A stretch of DNA of 64,000 nucleotides from Mobula hypostoma. Lineage: Eukaryota. Shown here one piece after another: positions 11,042 to 23,500 of the stretch. Position numbers and translations under genes: made by a program. Position 1 is the stretch's first letter; each line of letters begins with the position of its first letter. The stretch is from contig NC_086097.1 of the NCBI RefSeq assembly GCF_963921235.1, positions 5,704,001 to 5,768,000 of the forward strand, read 5' to 3'. The notes beneath the pieces are model-generated. The model had not been told where the DNA came from and ran no database searches. It was given only the letters and a program-made list of their open reading frames with translations.

Positions 11042-12050
11042 ATGGGGGCAAGAATGGAGATAAAAATAAAGCATCACTGTGGAGCCTATGGAAGAGTGAG
11101 GTACAACGCGCGGCTCTCCTACACGTGCGCGTGGTGGCGAGGCTGACGCTGGGCCTCGTTCAGGCGAAGCGGCAAATATGATAAGGATTTTGGAAGAGAT
11201 AAGGGAAGTCCAAAAAGATATAAAACAGCAACTCAATGATATCAAGTCAGAGCTCGCCAACGTCAATCAGAAAATAGCAGTGGCGGAGACTCTAATTGAG
11301 AAGATGGAAGATAGCGTGCAAAATGTGGAGCAGATACTAAGTAAAACGATAAAAATATTAAATCAACAGGAAAGTACATTGCTTGACTAGGAGGGAAGAT
11401 CGCGACGGAAAATTATCAGGATTTATAATGTTCCCGAAGGAGCGGAGGGGTTGTTGATGATGGAGTTTGTAGAAAAGCTGCTGCGGGAAGCGCTGGAGAA
11501 TCCCCCGACTATGGAGATTGAAATTGAGAGGGCGCATCGTGCACTCATCCCGAGGCCTCCCGGAGACAGAGAAAGTAAGCCGCACTCAATAGTACTTAGG
11601 TTCCTTCGATTCAAGAGCAAGGTGGAGATTCTACGAAGGGCCTGCAGAAAGAAGAGGGTGTTTTGGAACGGGAAGTTAATATACTTTGATCATGATTACC
11701 CCCCGGCGGTCCTACAGAAAAGAAAGGAATATTACGAAGTGAAATGAATATTAAAGCAAGAAAAGATTAAATTCCAAACCTCGTACCCTGCTAAACTGAA
11801 GGTATTTTACAAAGGAGGGATACAGCTATATCAGACGGTGGAAGAGGTGACTGCAGACATGAACAACAGAGGACTGCCCGTTAGCATGGTCAAACCGAGG
11901 GAAAGTCTGGCTGAGCAGTTATCCCGAACTGCTTGGGAAATAGTAAGAGAACCGAGAAAAGGACGAGGAAGAGGACGAGAGAAGGATATTAGGAAGAGAC
12001 TGTGAGTTCTCCGAAGACAGCCCTCACCTCCTCCAGAAGAGCCATTAGGT
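11042..12050 (+). pseudogene. L1 ORF1p (coiled coil + RRM/CTD), disrupted
   Basis: Heptad-rich ILEEIREVQKDIKQQLNDIKSEL, SRRKIIRIYNVPEG, IEIERAHRAL, IVLRFLRFKSK, FDHDYPPAVLQKRKEY. Confidence 0.85.
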
Positions 12051-12489
12051 TTGGCTAACTTTAAAAGCGCTGATAAAGTAAACGGAAATAAAAATAGACG
12101 GTGATATACCTATCTCAAGAAATACGCATCGTAATGTGGATTTTATATTACCCAATTTTTTTTTATTAATTCATTCACTCCTTTTTCCCCACCTAAATGA
12201 GCATAGGAATACACAGGGAAATCATTTAATGTAATGGACATAGATTTTTTTACTTACTTTTATAGGTACTGCGGTGGGGGCCCTCAACTCACAGGTAGGA
12301 GGGTCTATCCCCCACGCCTAGATGTTTCTTCTAGCTCAACCCAGGGTCATCTGGAGATCCCAGCCTTGGAATCACACCGTTGTTACCTTTTTTTTATTAT
12401 TCACGTTTCTTAGTTCTTATTTGTTCAGGGAGTAGATCGATTAAGTTATATTCTGCAAATTTCAATGATATACCAACAGATAAATACAC

Positions 12490-15400
12490 ATGGCGAAGGA
12501 CAAAGTAAAATTAATTTCTTTTAATGTTAATGGGCTGTTAAATCCAATCAAATGAAGTAAAATTCTATCAAAAATGAAAAAAGAACAAGCCCATGTAGTA
12601 TATTTACAGGAATCTCACTTAAGTGATCATGAGCATGGAAAAGTAAAGAGAATGGGTTTCACTAATTTGTTTTTCTCCTCATATAAATCAGGACATAGAA
12701 GAGGAGTTGCTATTCTCATCTCAAGCAAGATAAATTTTAAAAAAGTATTCAAAATGGAAGATAAGGAGGGCAGATATATTCTGGTAAGGGGGAATATAGA
12801 TGGAAATCCAGTTACTTTATTGAATATATACGCACCCCCAGCAAGTGGTATTAGATTCTTCCAGAAAATTACTAATATTATGGTAACGGAAACAGAAGGT
12901 CTCTTGATATGTGGGGGAAACTTAAATTTACAATTACAACCAAACTTAGACTCTTCCAATAGGAAAACTTATGAAACTAAGTCCTTACATAAGAAAGTTA
13001 ACACTCTTTTTGAGGGTATTGGTCCAATTGATATATGGAGGGACCTTTTCCCCGACAGAAGGGATTACACTCATTATTCTTCCCCCCATTCCATATATAC
13101 AAGAATAGACTATTTTATAACATTTGGAAAAGATAAAGACAAAATAAACACCTGTGGAATTGGGACAATAGATGTAAATGACCATGCACCTATATATTTG
13201 TCTGTCGATTTTGACCTACAACCAAAGAATACTATTTGGAAACTAAATTCAGGTCTACTCAATGATTCCTATTTCAAGGAACAAATTAAAAAAGAAATGG
13301 GTCTTTACTTAAAGTTCAATGATAATGGAGAGGTTTCACCTCCCATTCTATGGGATACTATGAAGTCTGTTTTAAGAGGGAAAATTATAATGATATCTTC
13401 ATATAGGAAAAAATAAGGAATAAAACATCAGAGGAATTACAAAATAAGCTGAAGGAACTAGAAGAAAAAACACAAATTGAATTTGGCACAGAATACACTA
13501 GAGGAAATATTTAAAAAATAGGAATGAAATTAATAGTTTGGCTACACAAGGAATTAGAAAAAAATTAATGTTTCTGAAAAAGAGACACTATGAAAGTGGA
13601 TCTAAATCTATGAAAATACTGGCGTGGAAATTGAAAAGATAGCAGAAAATACAATTCATAGAATTAGGGATCCAAGAACAAAAGTGATAAAAAAAATAAG
13701 CTAAGTGAAATTCAAGAAGATTTTGAAATGTTTTACAAAACTCTATATTCCAAAGCTCCAGGGGGAAGCATAGCCCAGATTGAAACCTTCCTGAATTCTT
13801 TTAGAGTTCCTACTTTAAGCAAAGAACAAAATAGAATGATGACTACTGACATAACTGAAGCTGAACTGAAAACTGCAATTAGTAGGTTTAAATTAAGCAA
13901 GTCACCAGGATCAGATGGATATACGGCAGAGTGGTGTAAGGAATATAGAAATGAGTTAATTCCTGTTTTACTCCCCACACTGAACTGGACTCTAAGAAAG
14001 GCACAAATGCCACCCAGCTGGAAGGAGGTGATAATCTCAGTTATACCGAAAAAAGGCAAGGATAAAATGGAATGTGAGTCATTTCGACCAATGTCTCTGC
14101 TTAATGTGGATTATGGATTATTTACCTCCATCATGGCCAAACGATTTGAAGAGTTTCTACCCACACTGATACATAATGATCAGACAGGTTTTATACAACA
14201 ACGCCAAACACAAGACAATATACGAAGGACACTTCACATTATGGATCATATTAAAAAAAATGAAATTGAAGCAGTAGTGATAAGCGTGGACGCTGAAAAG
14301 GCATTTGATTAGGTTAATTGGAATTTTCTTTACAGAGTTTTACATAGATTTGGCCTACATGACACAATTATTAAAACTATACAGGCACTATATGACAATC
14401 CTTCTGCCAGGATTAAAATCAATGGATATTTATCTAATAGTTTTACCCTAGAAAGGGCATGAGACAGGGTTGTGCATGGTCACCGCTACTCTTCACATTA
14501 TATCTGGAAACATTAGCTCAACACATCAGACAAAATGATGATATCAGGGGAATTATTATTAAAGGGACAGAACATAAATTGGCCTGTTACACAGATGACA
14601 TTTTGATCTATCTAGGGCAATCAACATACTCTTTACCTAAATTGATGCAATCCTTTGAACAATATGGCCAATTATCAGGATACAAGATCAACATAGATAA
14701 AACCCAACTACTTTCATATAGCTATAGCCTACCAAGAGAAATTGAAAGTAGATATCCTTGGGCATGGCAAACTGAGTCTGTCAAATATTTGGGCATCATT
14801 ATGCCAAAAGATTTGGTAAAATTATCCGAATGCAATTATCAGCCTATATATAAAAAAATTAAGTAAGATTTAACAGGATGGAACCTAATTCCTTTTCTTG
14901 GTCTCAGTTCAAGGATTGAATCTATTAAAATGAATATACTGCCCAGACTACTATATCTCTTTCAGACCCTACCAGTAGAGATTAACCAAAATCAGTTCAA
15001 TGAATGGAACAAGATGCAATCAAGATATATATGGCAAGGTAAAAGGCCTAGGGTTCGTCTAAAAACTGCAATTAGCCAAGGAAAAGGGGGGAATGGGGCC
15101 TACTTTCTAGTAGAGATTACTATTTTGCAGCACAGTTGAGAGCTGTGATATGCTGGTGCAACCCATCATATGACGCTCAATGGAAAAACATTGAGGAGAA
15201 GATACTTTCCATCCCCATACAGGCAATTTTGGCTGATAACAACCTACAAAGTTACATAAATAATATTGATAACCCATGGGTGAAATGGACTCTTAAAATA
15301 TGGAAAGCTATTATAAAAGAATATAAACTAGAGAGAGACATTGCAATTCTTAAATGGTGTGCATATGACTCAGATTTTATGCTGAATAAGCTGGATGCTA

Positions 15401-15862
15401 GATTTAAGGACTGGACAGCTAAAGGAATAACAGCTATTTGCAATATAATGAAAGAAGGAACACTGTTCAGTTTTGAAATGCTCAAAGAGAAACACTTATT
15501 AGAAAAACAAAACTTTTATCGATATTTACAGATGCGATAGTATGTTAATAGGATGGTTAAAAATGTAACCAAGGCAAGTACATGTTTGATAGTGCTACTT
15601 TGAAAAGCATATAATTCAGACAACGGTAGTAGAATAATTTCAAGCGTTTATAAGGGTTTGTCAAATCTTAAAACACATTCGACTTCATGCATTAAAACAA
15701 AATGGGAGAAGGAAGGAGGGATAATAATATCTGAGGAAGAATGGACAATAATATGGAGGTATCAATGGAAGTGTACCAGTTCACAGAAATGGAGGGAGCT
15801 TGGATGGAAAATCTTGGTAAGATATTCTATTACACCCTCTCAGAAATCCCTACTTTGTACGT
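12490..15862 (+). pseudogene. L1 ORF2p (APE endonuclease + RT), disrupted and C-terminally deleted
   Basis: SFNVNGL, YLQESHL, LLNIYAPP, YTRIDYF, DHAPI, SPGSDGYTAEW, DAEKAFD, RQGCAWSPLLF, YTDDILIY, KYLGI. Confidence 0.9.
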
Positions 15863-16076
15863 AGTTTTCTTCTTTTGATTGTTCTTTCTTTCCTTTCCTT
15901 TCTATGAGTGTATACCTCAGATAAATATTATGTGGAGATTTGTGACAAATATAACTATATGATATATATGTACAGTATCTGAAATACATCTTATGGAAAT
16001 GTTTATCCGATGATGAACTTCAATAAAAAATAAATTCCAAAATAAAATTGAACAGGAAGATCTGTGGTTGAGAACG

Positions 16077-16906
16077 TGGAGCTAAGGAGACAATAGCGCC
16101 TAAAGGCAACTCCTTCACTCACATCTTCAGAAACAGCTCTATTTCTATCTTTAATATCTCTATTTTTCCCTTTCAGGGTTCTTTTGAAGACCCTGACCTG
16201 GAGTTACACACTGACTTCAGTTATTTGCACGAACGGGACCCGCTCTCGGGGTCTCACAACTGGCCATTATTCGATATTCCAAGGATGTGGCCTAGAAGAT
16301 TAGCTCGCCTTCGGAGCTCTGGGATTTCTTGGCTCTGGAGGCAGGCGGACTCGTGGTCAGTGCCTCTGCAGGGAATCAGTGTGTCATGGGAGACAGAAGA
16401 TCGAAAACAGCAAGCTAGTTGCTGGCTGTGTGCCCAGAGACCCGAGTATTTTAGGCACAGATCTCGGAAAAAGCTAAATGCAATGGACTTTTAACATCGT
16501 AAATCAGCGAGTTGTTTGTTATGTTTCCCCTCTCATTGTGAAATGCGGACTCCTCTTTTTCCCTTATTAGGGAGAGAGAGGGTCTGTGGTATGTCAAATT
16601 ACTAAATGAACGAGTAGTCTTTGAGGTGCTGCAAGTCTGTGTCTTTACTGATGCTTTGCTGCACGCCTGAGTGCTCGGTGGGGAGGGGGTGCAGATGCCT
16701 TTTTGCTGGTGAGGGAGGAGGGGTCATTGCTTTGATGCTGCTTATGCGTGGTGGAGGGAGCTAGAGGGTTTGGGGTTCTAACATTTAACTGTTATTCATT
16801 CTTTGGGCCACTCCTCTGTTTTTGTAGATGTCTGTGAAGAAAAAGCATTTCAGGATGTATATTGTATACATTTCTCTGACATTAAATGTACCTTTGAAAC
16901 CTTTGA
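16077..16906 (+). mobile_element. Non-autonomous ORF-less element with Rex1-type tail, copy 1
   Basis: Colinear end to end with 42887-43674 (-); ends ATTAAATGTACCTTTGAAACCTTTGA. Confidence 0.75.
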
Positions 16907-18015
16907 TTCCTGGATGGTGTGTTTCCTCCCAGGTGCCAGGGTCCAGGATATCTTTGATTGAGTGCTCAGCATTCTTAAGTGGGTGGGTGAACAGCCAGAA
17001 GACGTGGTCCATATAGGTACCGCTAACATGGGTAGGATGAGTGACAAAATTCTGCATAGGGAGTTCAGGGAATTAGGTGTTAAGTTAAAGAGCAGGGTCT
17101 CCAGGGTTGTGATCTCAGGATTGCTACCTGTGCTAGATGCTAGTGAGGTCAGAACTAGGAAGAATATGCAGTTTAATACATGGCTAATGAGTTGATGTAG
17201 GAGGGAGGGCATCAGATTTTTGGATCATTGGGCTCTCTTCGGATCAGTGTGACCTGTACAGAAGAGATGGTTTGCACCTGAACTGGAGGGGGACTAACAT
17301 CCGAGCTGGAAGGTTTGTTAATGCTGCTCGGTAGGGTTTAAACTAGAGTTTCAGGGGGATGGGAACCAGAGTGCCAGAATAGTTAGTGGAGAGGTTGTGG
17401 AGACAGATGTTGGTAAGACCTCAGACAAAGTTAGGAATCAAAAGTTTGAGCATGGTGGGACTAGTATCTTGAGCTGTGTAGATTTCAATGCAAAAAGTAT
17501 TGTATGAAAGGTGGATGACAGTGCGGAAGGTGAGACAGCTGGTTTACAAACAGAGGCAATATGTAGTGAGACTCCTAGCAAGGAGAGGCTGATGATGGGG
17601 CAAAATTGCAGTCAACAGGATGTGTTGCAACGTGAAAGTTGGATGAAATTGAAAAGGGTGAATACGGGACTGAAGGTGTTATATTTAAATGTGTGAAGTA
17701 TTGGAAGTAAGGTAGATGAATGTGCAGCACAGTTACAGATAAGTATGTATGATGATGTAGGCATCATTGAATCATGACTGAAAGAAGATTATAGCTGGGA
17801 GCTTAATGTCCAAATATACACATTGTATCGAAAGGGCTAGCAGGAAGACATTGCTCTGTTGGTAAAAAACTAATAAAATCATCAGAAATAAGTGACATAG
17901 AGTCGGAAGGTGATGAATATTTGTGGATAGAGCTAAGAAACTGCAAGGATAAAAAGACCCTGATGGGAGTTGTATACAGACCCCTAAACAGTAGTAAGAA
18001 TATGGCCTACAAATT
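16907..18015 (+). mobile_element. CR1 5' region: ORF1 SGNH esterase remnant plus start of ORF2 endonuclease
   Basis: FLPGARVQDI, EQPEDVVHIGTAN, VVISGLLPV, RDGLHLNWRG; then LKVLYLNV and LWIELRNCKDKKTLMGVVYRP. Confidence 0.85.
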
Positions 18016-18629
18016 AGATAGATAGATACATCAGTACTTTATTGGACCTAAAGCAAATTATAGTGTCACTGTAGCATTACAAGTGCACAGATATATAAAT
18101 ATACAAATTTTAGAAGAGCAGTAAGAAAGAATAAAAAATAAGTCACCTCAAACAGGAGGGTCATCTCTTCCCCAATATAGGTTGAATCTATCAAATCTCC
18201 TCTCAATCTTTACAAGGTTTTGTGTGATTTATAATTTGACAGTCACTATTCTATGTCATTATCTTTCATTTTTCCATATGATCTCAATGTGTATTCCATT
18301 TACTCGGGGTGTCGTTTGCATTATTTTGGGGTGTGATTCATTGTCTGAACACTGTTCCTGAGAGTTCGCTTAATTCAGACAGGCTTTGCTTTCACAGCAT
18401 TTGAATAGTTCCAAAGTAATTCTTATGAGAGAATATCTGATAGAATTCAGAAGTCAGTGTTGGGGCCTCGGCAGCCATATAGGAGACATCAAAGTGAACA
18501 GCATAACGAAGGAACTGGTTTTCATTAAAAAGTAAAGAATTCTGTCCTTAGTGCTGGGCAATGGGGAGAAATAAACCAATGAGAAAATATTGGATGTGAC
18601 AGAGTAAGGACAAGAGATACAGTAATGAG

Positions 18630-19110
18630 TGAAAGGATTTATTTTAGAAAGGATGTGCCGACATTGGGGAGGGTTCATGAAAATGATTCCAGGAATGCAA
18701 GAGTTATCATACGAAGAGCGTGTGATGGCTCTGGGCCTCTCCTCACTGGAATTCAGAAGAATGAGGGTGACCTCACTGAAACCTATCAAATGTTGCATGG
18801 CCTCAATAGAGGGGATTTGGAGAGAATGTTTCCTATGGTGGGGGAGTCTGAGACCAGAGAAAACAACCTCAGAATAGGGGAGCATCCTTTTAGAACAGAG
18901 ATGCGGAGGAATTCTTTTGTTGTCACAGATGGTTGAGGAAGCCAGGTCATTGGGTATGTTTAAGGCAGAAGTTGATAGATTCCTGATAAGTCAGGGCATG
19001 AAGGGATACGAGGAGAAGGCAGGAAATTGGGGCTGCGAGGTTAAATGAAATGGAGAAGCAGACGCAATGGGCCAAATAGCCTAATTCTGCTCCAGTATCT
19101 TATGATTTGA
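18630..19110 (+). mobile_element. CR1 3' fragment
   Basis: KMIPGMQELSYEERVMALGLSSLEFRRMR and the CR1 3' UTR. Confidence 0.85.
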
Positions 19111-19562
19111 GAGATAGGGCAGGAGGAAGGGATGATCAGGCGCTGGCCAAGCTGGAAAGAAGCCAGTTTAGGATTAATAACCTGATAAGCACAGGCAAAA
19201 ATACTGAAGCAATTAATTATGAACAAATAAGCGTTAATTAGGAAGAGTAGAGATAGATGAAATTTGAGAATCTAATTGGAACGATTATCAGACAACAGTT
19301 TAACTCTATCATTTCTAGCATTAGCCGCCACACTTTATGGCTATATATAATATGTGAAAGGAATAAGAGTGAAGACCTAAAATGGTTCTGAATTTCACCA
19401 ACAATTTGCTGAACAGGTCTGTATAATATAAACAAAGACGTCAGAAGTACTTCTAAGGAGGGTGAGACAAAGGAATAGGATGAAATTTAGTAATGTGAAT
19501 TTTCCCCAAATAAAAAATATTTTCTCCATAAAATTTAGCATCCTATTTTTCAGTTTATCTGG

Positions 19563-20175
19563 TCATAAGACATGGGAGCAGAATTAACCCATTCGGCCCA
19601 TCGAGTCAGCTCCACCATTCCATCATGGCTGATCTACTATCCTTCTCAATCTCATCCTCCTCCCTTCTCCCCGTAACATTTGACACCCTGAATAATCAAG
19701 AATCAACCTCCGCTTTAAATATACTCAATGACTTGACCTCCACAGCATCTGTGGCAATGAATTCCACAGATTACAAAGATCTGTCTAAAGAAATTATTCC
19801 TCATCTTTGTACTAAATGGATAGCCCCCATTCCTGAGGTTGTGCCCTCTGGTCCGAGACTCCCCCACTATAGGAAACAACCTCTCCTCATCCACTCTATC
19901 TAGGCCTTTTAATATTCAATAGATTTCAATGAACTCCACCCTCATTCTTCTAAACTCCAGTAAGTACAAGCCCAAAGCCATCAAACACTCGTTCTATATT
20001 AAGCCGTTCATTCCAGAATCATTTTCATGAACTTGCCCTGGACCCTCTCCAATGCCAGCACATCTTTTCTTTGATAAGGTGCCCAAAACTGCTCATAATA
20101 TTACAACTGTGGTCTGACCAATGCCTTATAAAGCTTCTGCATTGCATCATAGCTTTTGTATTCTAGTCATTTGGA
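19563..20175 (-). mobile_element. CR1 3' fragment
   Basis: Reverse-complemented CR1 3' UTR (CATAAGACATGGGAGCAGAATTAACCCATTCGGCCC) and ORF2 end. Confidence 0.85.
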
Positions 20176-20229
20176 ATTCACCACAAATACATTCTTATTA
20201 ATTAAGCTATCAGTTAATCTACAATATCT

Positions 20230-20810
20230 TGTCAAAGCAAATTTGTTAAAAAAATACATATGTGGCACTATGTACAACCCTGAAATTTGCTTGTTTTGAA
20301 GCATTCACAGAAAATACAAGAAACACAATAGAGTCAATGAAGGACCTCACCCAACAGGATGGTTAAACAACAAATATGACAGCAAACTGTGCAAATACAA
20401 AAAGGAAAAAGAACTGAATTGTGATAATAAATAAATGAGCAAGAAATATCAAGAACATGAGATATGAGTCCTTGAAGATGAGTTTGTAGGTTGTGGGAAC
20501 AGTTCAGTGAGGGGTGAGTTAAGTTGAATGAATCTATTGTCTCTAGTTCAGGAGTCTGATGGTTGAAGGGTAATAACTGTTCCTGAGCCAGTCAATGTGG
20601 ATCCTGAAGCTCCTGTACCTTCTGTCTAATGACAGCAGCAAGAAGTGAACATGCTCTGGGTGGTGGGGTTCCTGACGATGGGTGCTATATGGAGCGACTG
20701 CGCTCCATATAGGTGTGCTCAATGGTAGGGAAGGCTTTGCCCGTGATGGAATAAGCCATATCCACTACTCCTGTACGATCTTTTCGTTCAATGATATTGG
20801 TGTTTCCATG
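20230..20810 (-). mobile_element. Rex1/Babar 3' fragment
   Basis: Same family as 1329-2035 (GGGTAATAACTGTTCCTGAGCC...AAGCTCCTGTACCTTCT). Confidence 0.75.
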
Positions 20811-21273
20811 CCAATCAGTTCTCCTTTACCTCTCGACCTCTTCAATGTAACCACATCAGCTGAGCTTCAATTCAGTATTTAGTGAGTGTGCTGATATTTC
20901 ATGCAAGCTGCTATTCTGACCTTAAAGCTAGAATATTCAAAATTATTTATTTATTTAGCAAAACCATGTGGAATTGACCCTTTCAACCTGTGAGAACACA
21001 CACTAGGCTTCCATGACCTTCCATGAAGAATCAAAGTGGAGAGAAGGTAATACGTGAGAAAAGGAATTTATGCTGGTCAGGCATTCACCGTGATCCCTAT
21101 GTGATCCCGATGTGATCCCTACGTGTATTTTGTGCTTAATGTTGCAATATGGACATTTAAGGAAAGGCTATGTTTCCAGAATTCTTGGAGGAATGGGAAA
21201 GCAGTTCCGAATTAATTGCTTGTCATGTGATGCAATTTGCAGGAGCATATCATTATGAATTAAAAAGAACTGT

Positions 21274-21646
21274 CACCATCATCATCATGTGCTGTGTTGT
21301 GTGATGTAGGCGATCATGGTCCCATGACCACAATTGTTCTTGGCAAATTTTTCTGCAGAAGTGGTTTGGTATTTCCTTCTTCTGGGTAGTGTCATTCCAA
21401 TACAAGCAACCGAATGACAGGTGAGCCCAGTCAGTATCAATACTTCTCAGAGATTGTCTGCCTGGTGTCAGAAGTCACATAACCAGGACTTGTGATATGT
21501 ACCGGCTGCTCATTCGACCATCCATCACCTGCTCCCATAGCTTCACACAACCCTGACTGGGGGCTAAACAGGTGAGCTGCGGGCTAGCGGAGGGAAGGAA
21601 CACGTTACACTTCCTTTGGTAGGGACGTATCTCCATCCGGCCACCC
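21274..21646 (-). mobile_element. RTE/BovB-related short element with (TGA)n tail
   Basis: Minus strand contains CCCAGAAGAAGGAAATACCAAACCACTTCTGCAGAAAAATTTGCC, similar to the Bov-A/BovB motif GAAGGAAATGGCAACCCACTCCAGTATTCTTGCC. Confidence 0.55.
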
Positions 21647-21939
21647 GAAAGAGTGAACTGTAGGCCAGTAGATGGAGGTAGCCCAATCCCCCTTCCATGG
21701 TTCAATCCCATTATCATTTATGCTACTCCTGCAAGCCTGTCGTGCCATCAACTCACTGTGGAATGTTTTACCTAATCAAAGAGATTACTGTAGCAACTAC
21801 ATCAACCATCATATCCATTTCAGTTTCTTGTTCTTGGGAAGACACCATAATACTGTACAATATGATTCTGAAAGAAACTGCTATTATGGAGGAACAGATA
21901 ATTAAAAAAGGAAGTAATTAGAAGATAAGGGCATTCATC

Positions 21940-22514
21940 TCATGGTCCCAGACACTGCACACAATCAGGAAAGATCACAAAAGCTTCTGCTTTCCGAGAA
22001 GACTGAGGAAAGCTGGACTTTGTACATCAATACGCACGTCCTTCTACAGATGTGCAGTACAGAGCATCCTAACATGCTGCATCGCTGCATTGTGCGGAAA
22101 CTACACTGTGGCAGACAGGAAAGCTCTACAAATGGTAGTCAAAATTGCCCAGTGCATCACTGGCATCAGCCTAGCCATCATCAAGGGCACAGAGCACATA
22201 CAAAAAGTGCCAGAAAGGGGCAAGCAACATCATGAAGGATCCAACCCACTCTGCTCATGGACTGTTTGTCCCACTCCCATCAGGGAGGAGGCTGTATAGC
22301 GTCCACAACAGAACCACCAGAATCAAAAGCAGTTCCTTTCCCCAAGCAGTAAGACTGATTGACTTCTCCACCCACTAACCCACCCCTCCACACACCCAAC
22401 CACCATTAATTTATCATTTCCTGTCAGAGTCACCTTATGTACAGACATTCCTGTGCCTAGTCATGTTACAGACATACAATCAGTCTATGTACATATATAA
22501 CCTATCTTATATAT
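21940..22514 (+). mobile_element. Rex1/Babar 3' fragment (3' UTR appears to resume at about 23500-23620)
   Basis: GNYTVADRKALQMVVKIAQCITG; same family as 36940-37445. Confidence 0.75.
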
Positions 22515-23165
22515 TGATTTGAATTGACTTTATTACTTACATCCTTCACATACACGAGGGGTGAAAATCTTGACGTTACGCCTCCATCTAAATGTGCAAT
22601 GTGCAATTTATAGTAATTTATAATAAATAGTATGTACATAAGACAAACAATATAGCTTAGAAATACAGTTGTGTCTGCATGAATTAAGCAGTCTGATGGC
22701 CTGGTGGAAAAAGGCTGTTGATCCTGGCTTTAATGCTGCTGTACCGTTTCCTGGATGGTAGCAGCTGGAACAGTTTGAGGGTGAGGTCACTTGGGTCCCC
22801 AATGATCCTTCGGGTGCTTTTTACACACCGGTCTCTGTAAATGTCCTGAATAGTGGGATGTTCACATCTACAGATGTGCTGGGCTGTCCGCACCACTCTC
22901 TGCAGAGTCCTGCGATTGAGGGAAGTACAGTTCCCATACCAGGCAGTGGTGCAGCCAGTCAGGATGCTCTCAGTTGTGCCCCTGTAGAAAGTCCTTAGAA
23001 TTTTGGGGCCCATACCAAACTTTTTCAAGCATCTGAGGTGAAAGACGCATGGTTGTGCCTTTTTCACAACACAGACGGCATGTACAGAACACATGAGATC
23101 TTCAGTGATGTTTATGCCGAGGAGCTGTTCACCCTCTCATCACCAGATCCATTGATGTCAATAGG
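22515..23165 (-). mobile_element. Rex1/Babar LINE 3' fragment
   Basis: FYRGTTESILTGCTTAWYGNCTSLNRRTLQRVVRTAQHI; CAATT-repeat tail; same subfamily as 26885-28772. Confidence 0.9.
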
Positions 23166-23500
23166 GGTACTTATCCTCCATGAGGACCATAATCTTGTCG
23201 TAGGGTTTGGAGGCTTGTTTGCCTCAATGACCCAGAGAGCTATGTTGGCTGGAGTCAGTGCCTTGTGCTTTGGCTCTTGGTAAGATCACCCATGCCAAAC
23301 TGGTCAAAGGGTAGAGGCCAGACTAAGAGTAGTCCACCAGTCCTCCAGGTTCAGTGGTTCAGCTCAGGGTAACAACCCTAACTGGTCAAAAATAAATTGT
23401 TATGGAAACAGCAATGCAGAATCCTTCTGTAGCTGCATGCAATAGAGATGAAGGACCTTCACTGATGCCCTGAACATCAGCAGTGTAACAGGCAGTAAGT
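23165..23500 (+). mobile_element. RTE (Expander/Rex3-like) derived short element
   Basis: CTTGTCGTAGGGTTTGGAGGCTTG...CAATGACCCAGAGAGCTATGTTG...CCCATGCCAAACTGGTC resembles fish RTE 5' UTRs; (AGTA)n end. Confidence 0.5.

Larger units (their letters stand above)
10919..16047 (+). mobile_element. L1-clade LINE, near full length, disabled
   Basis: 5' UTR, ORF1, inter-ORF spacer, ORF2 (APE + RT), 3' UTR and AATAAA/A-rich end; many stops and frameshifts. Confidence 0.93.
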
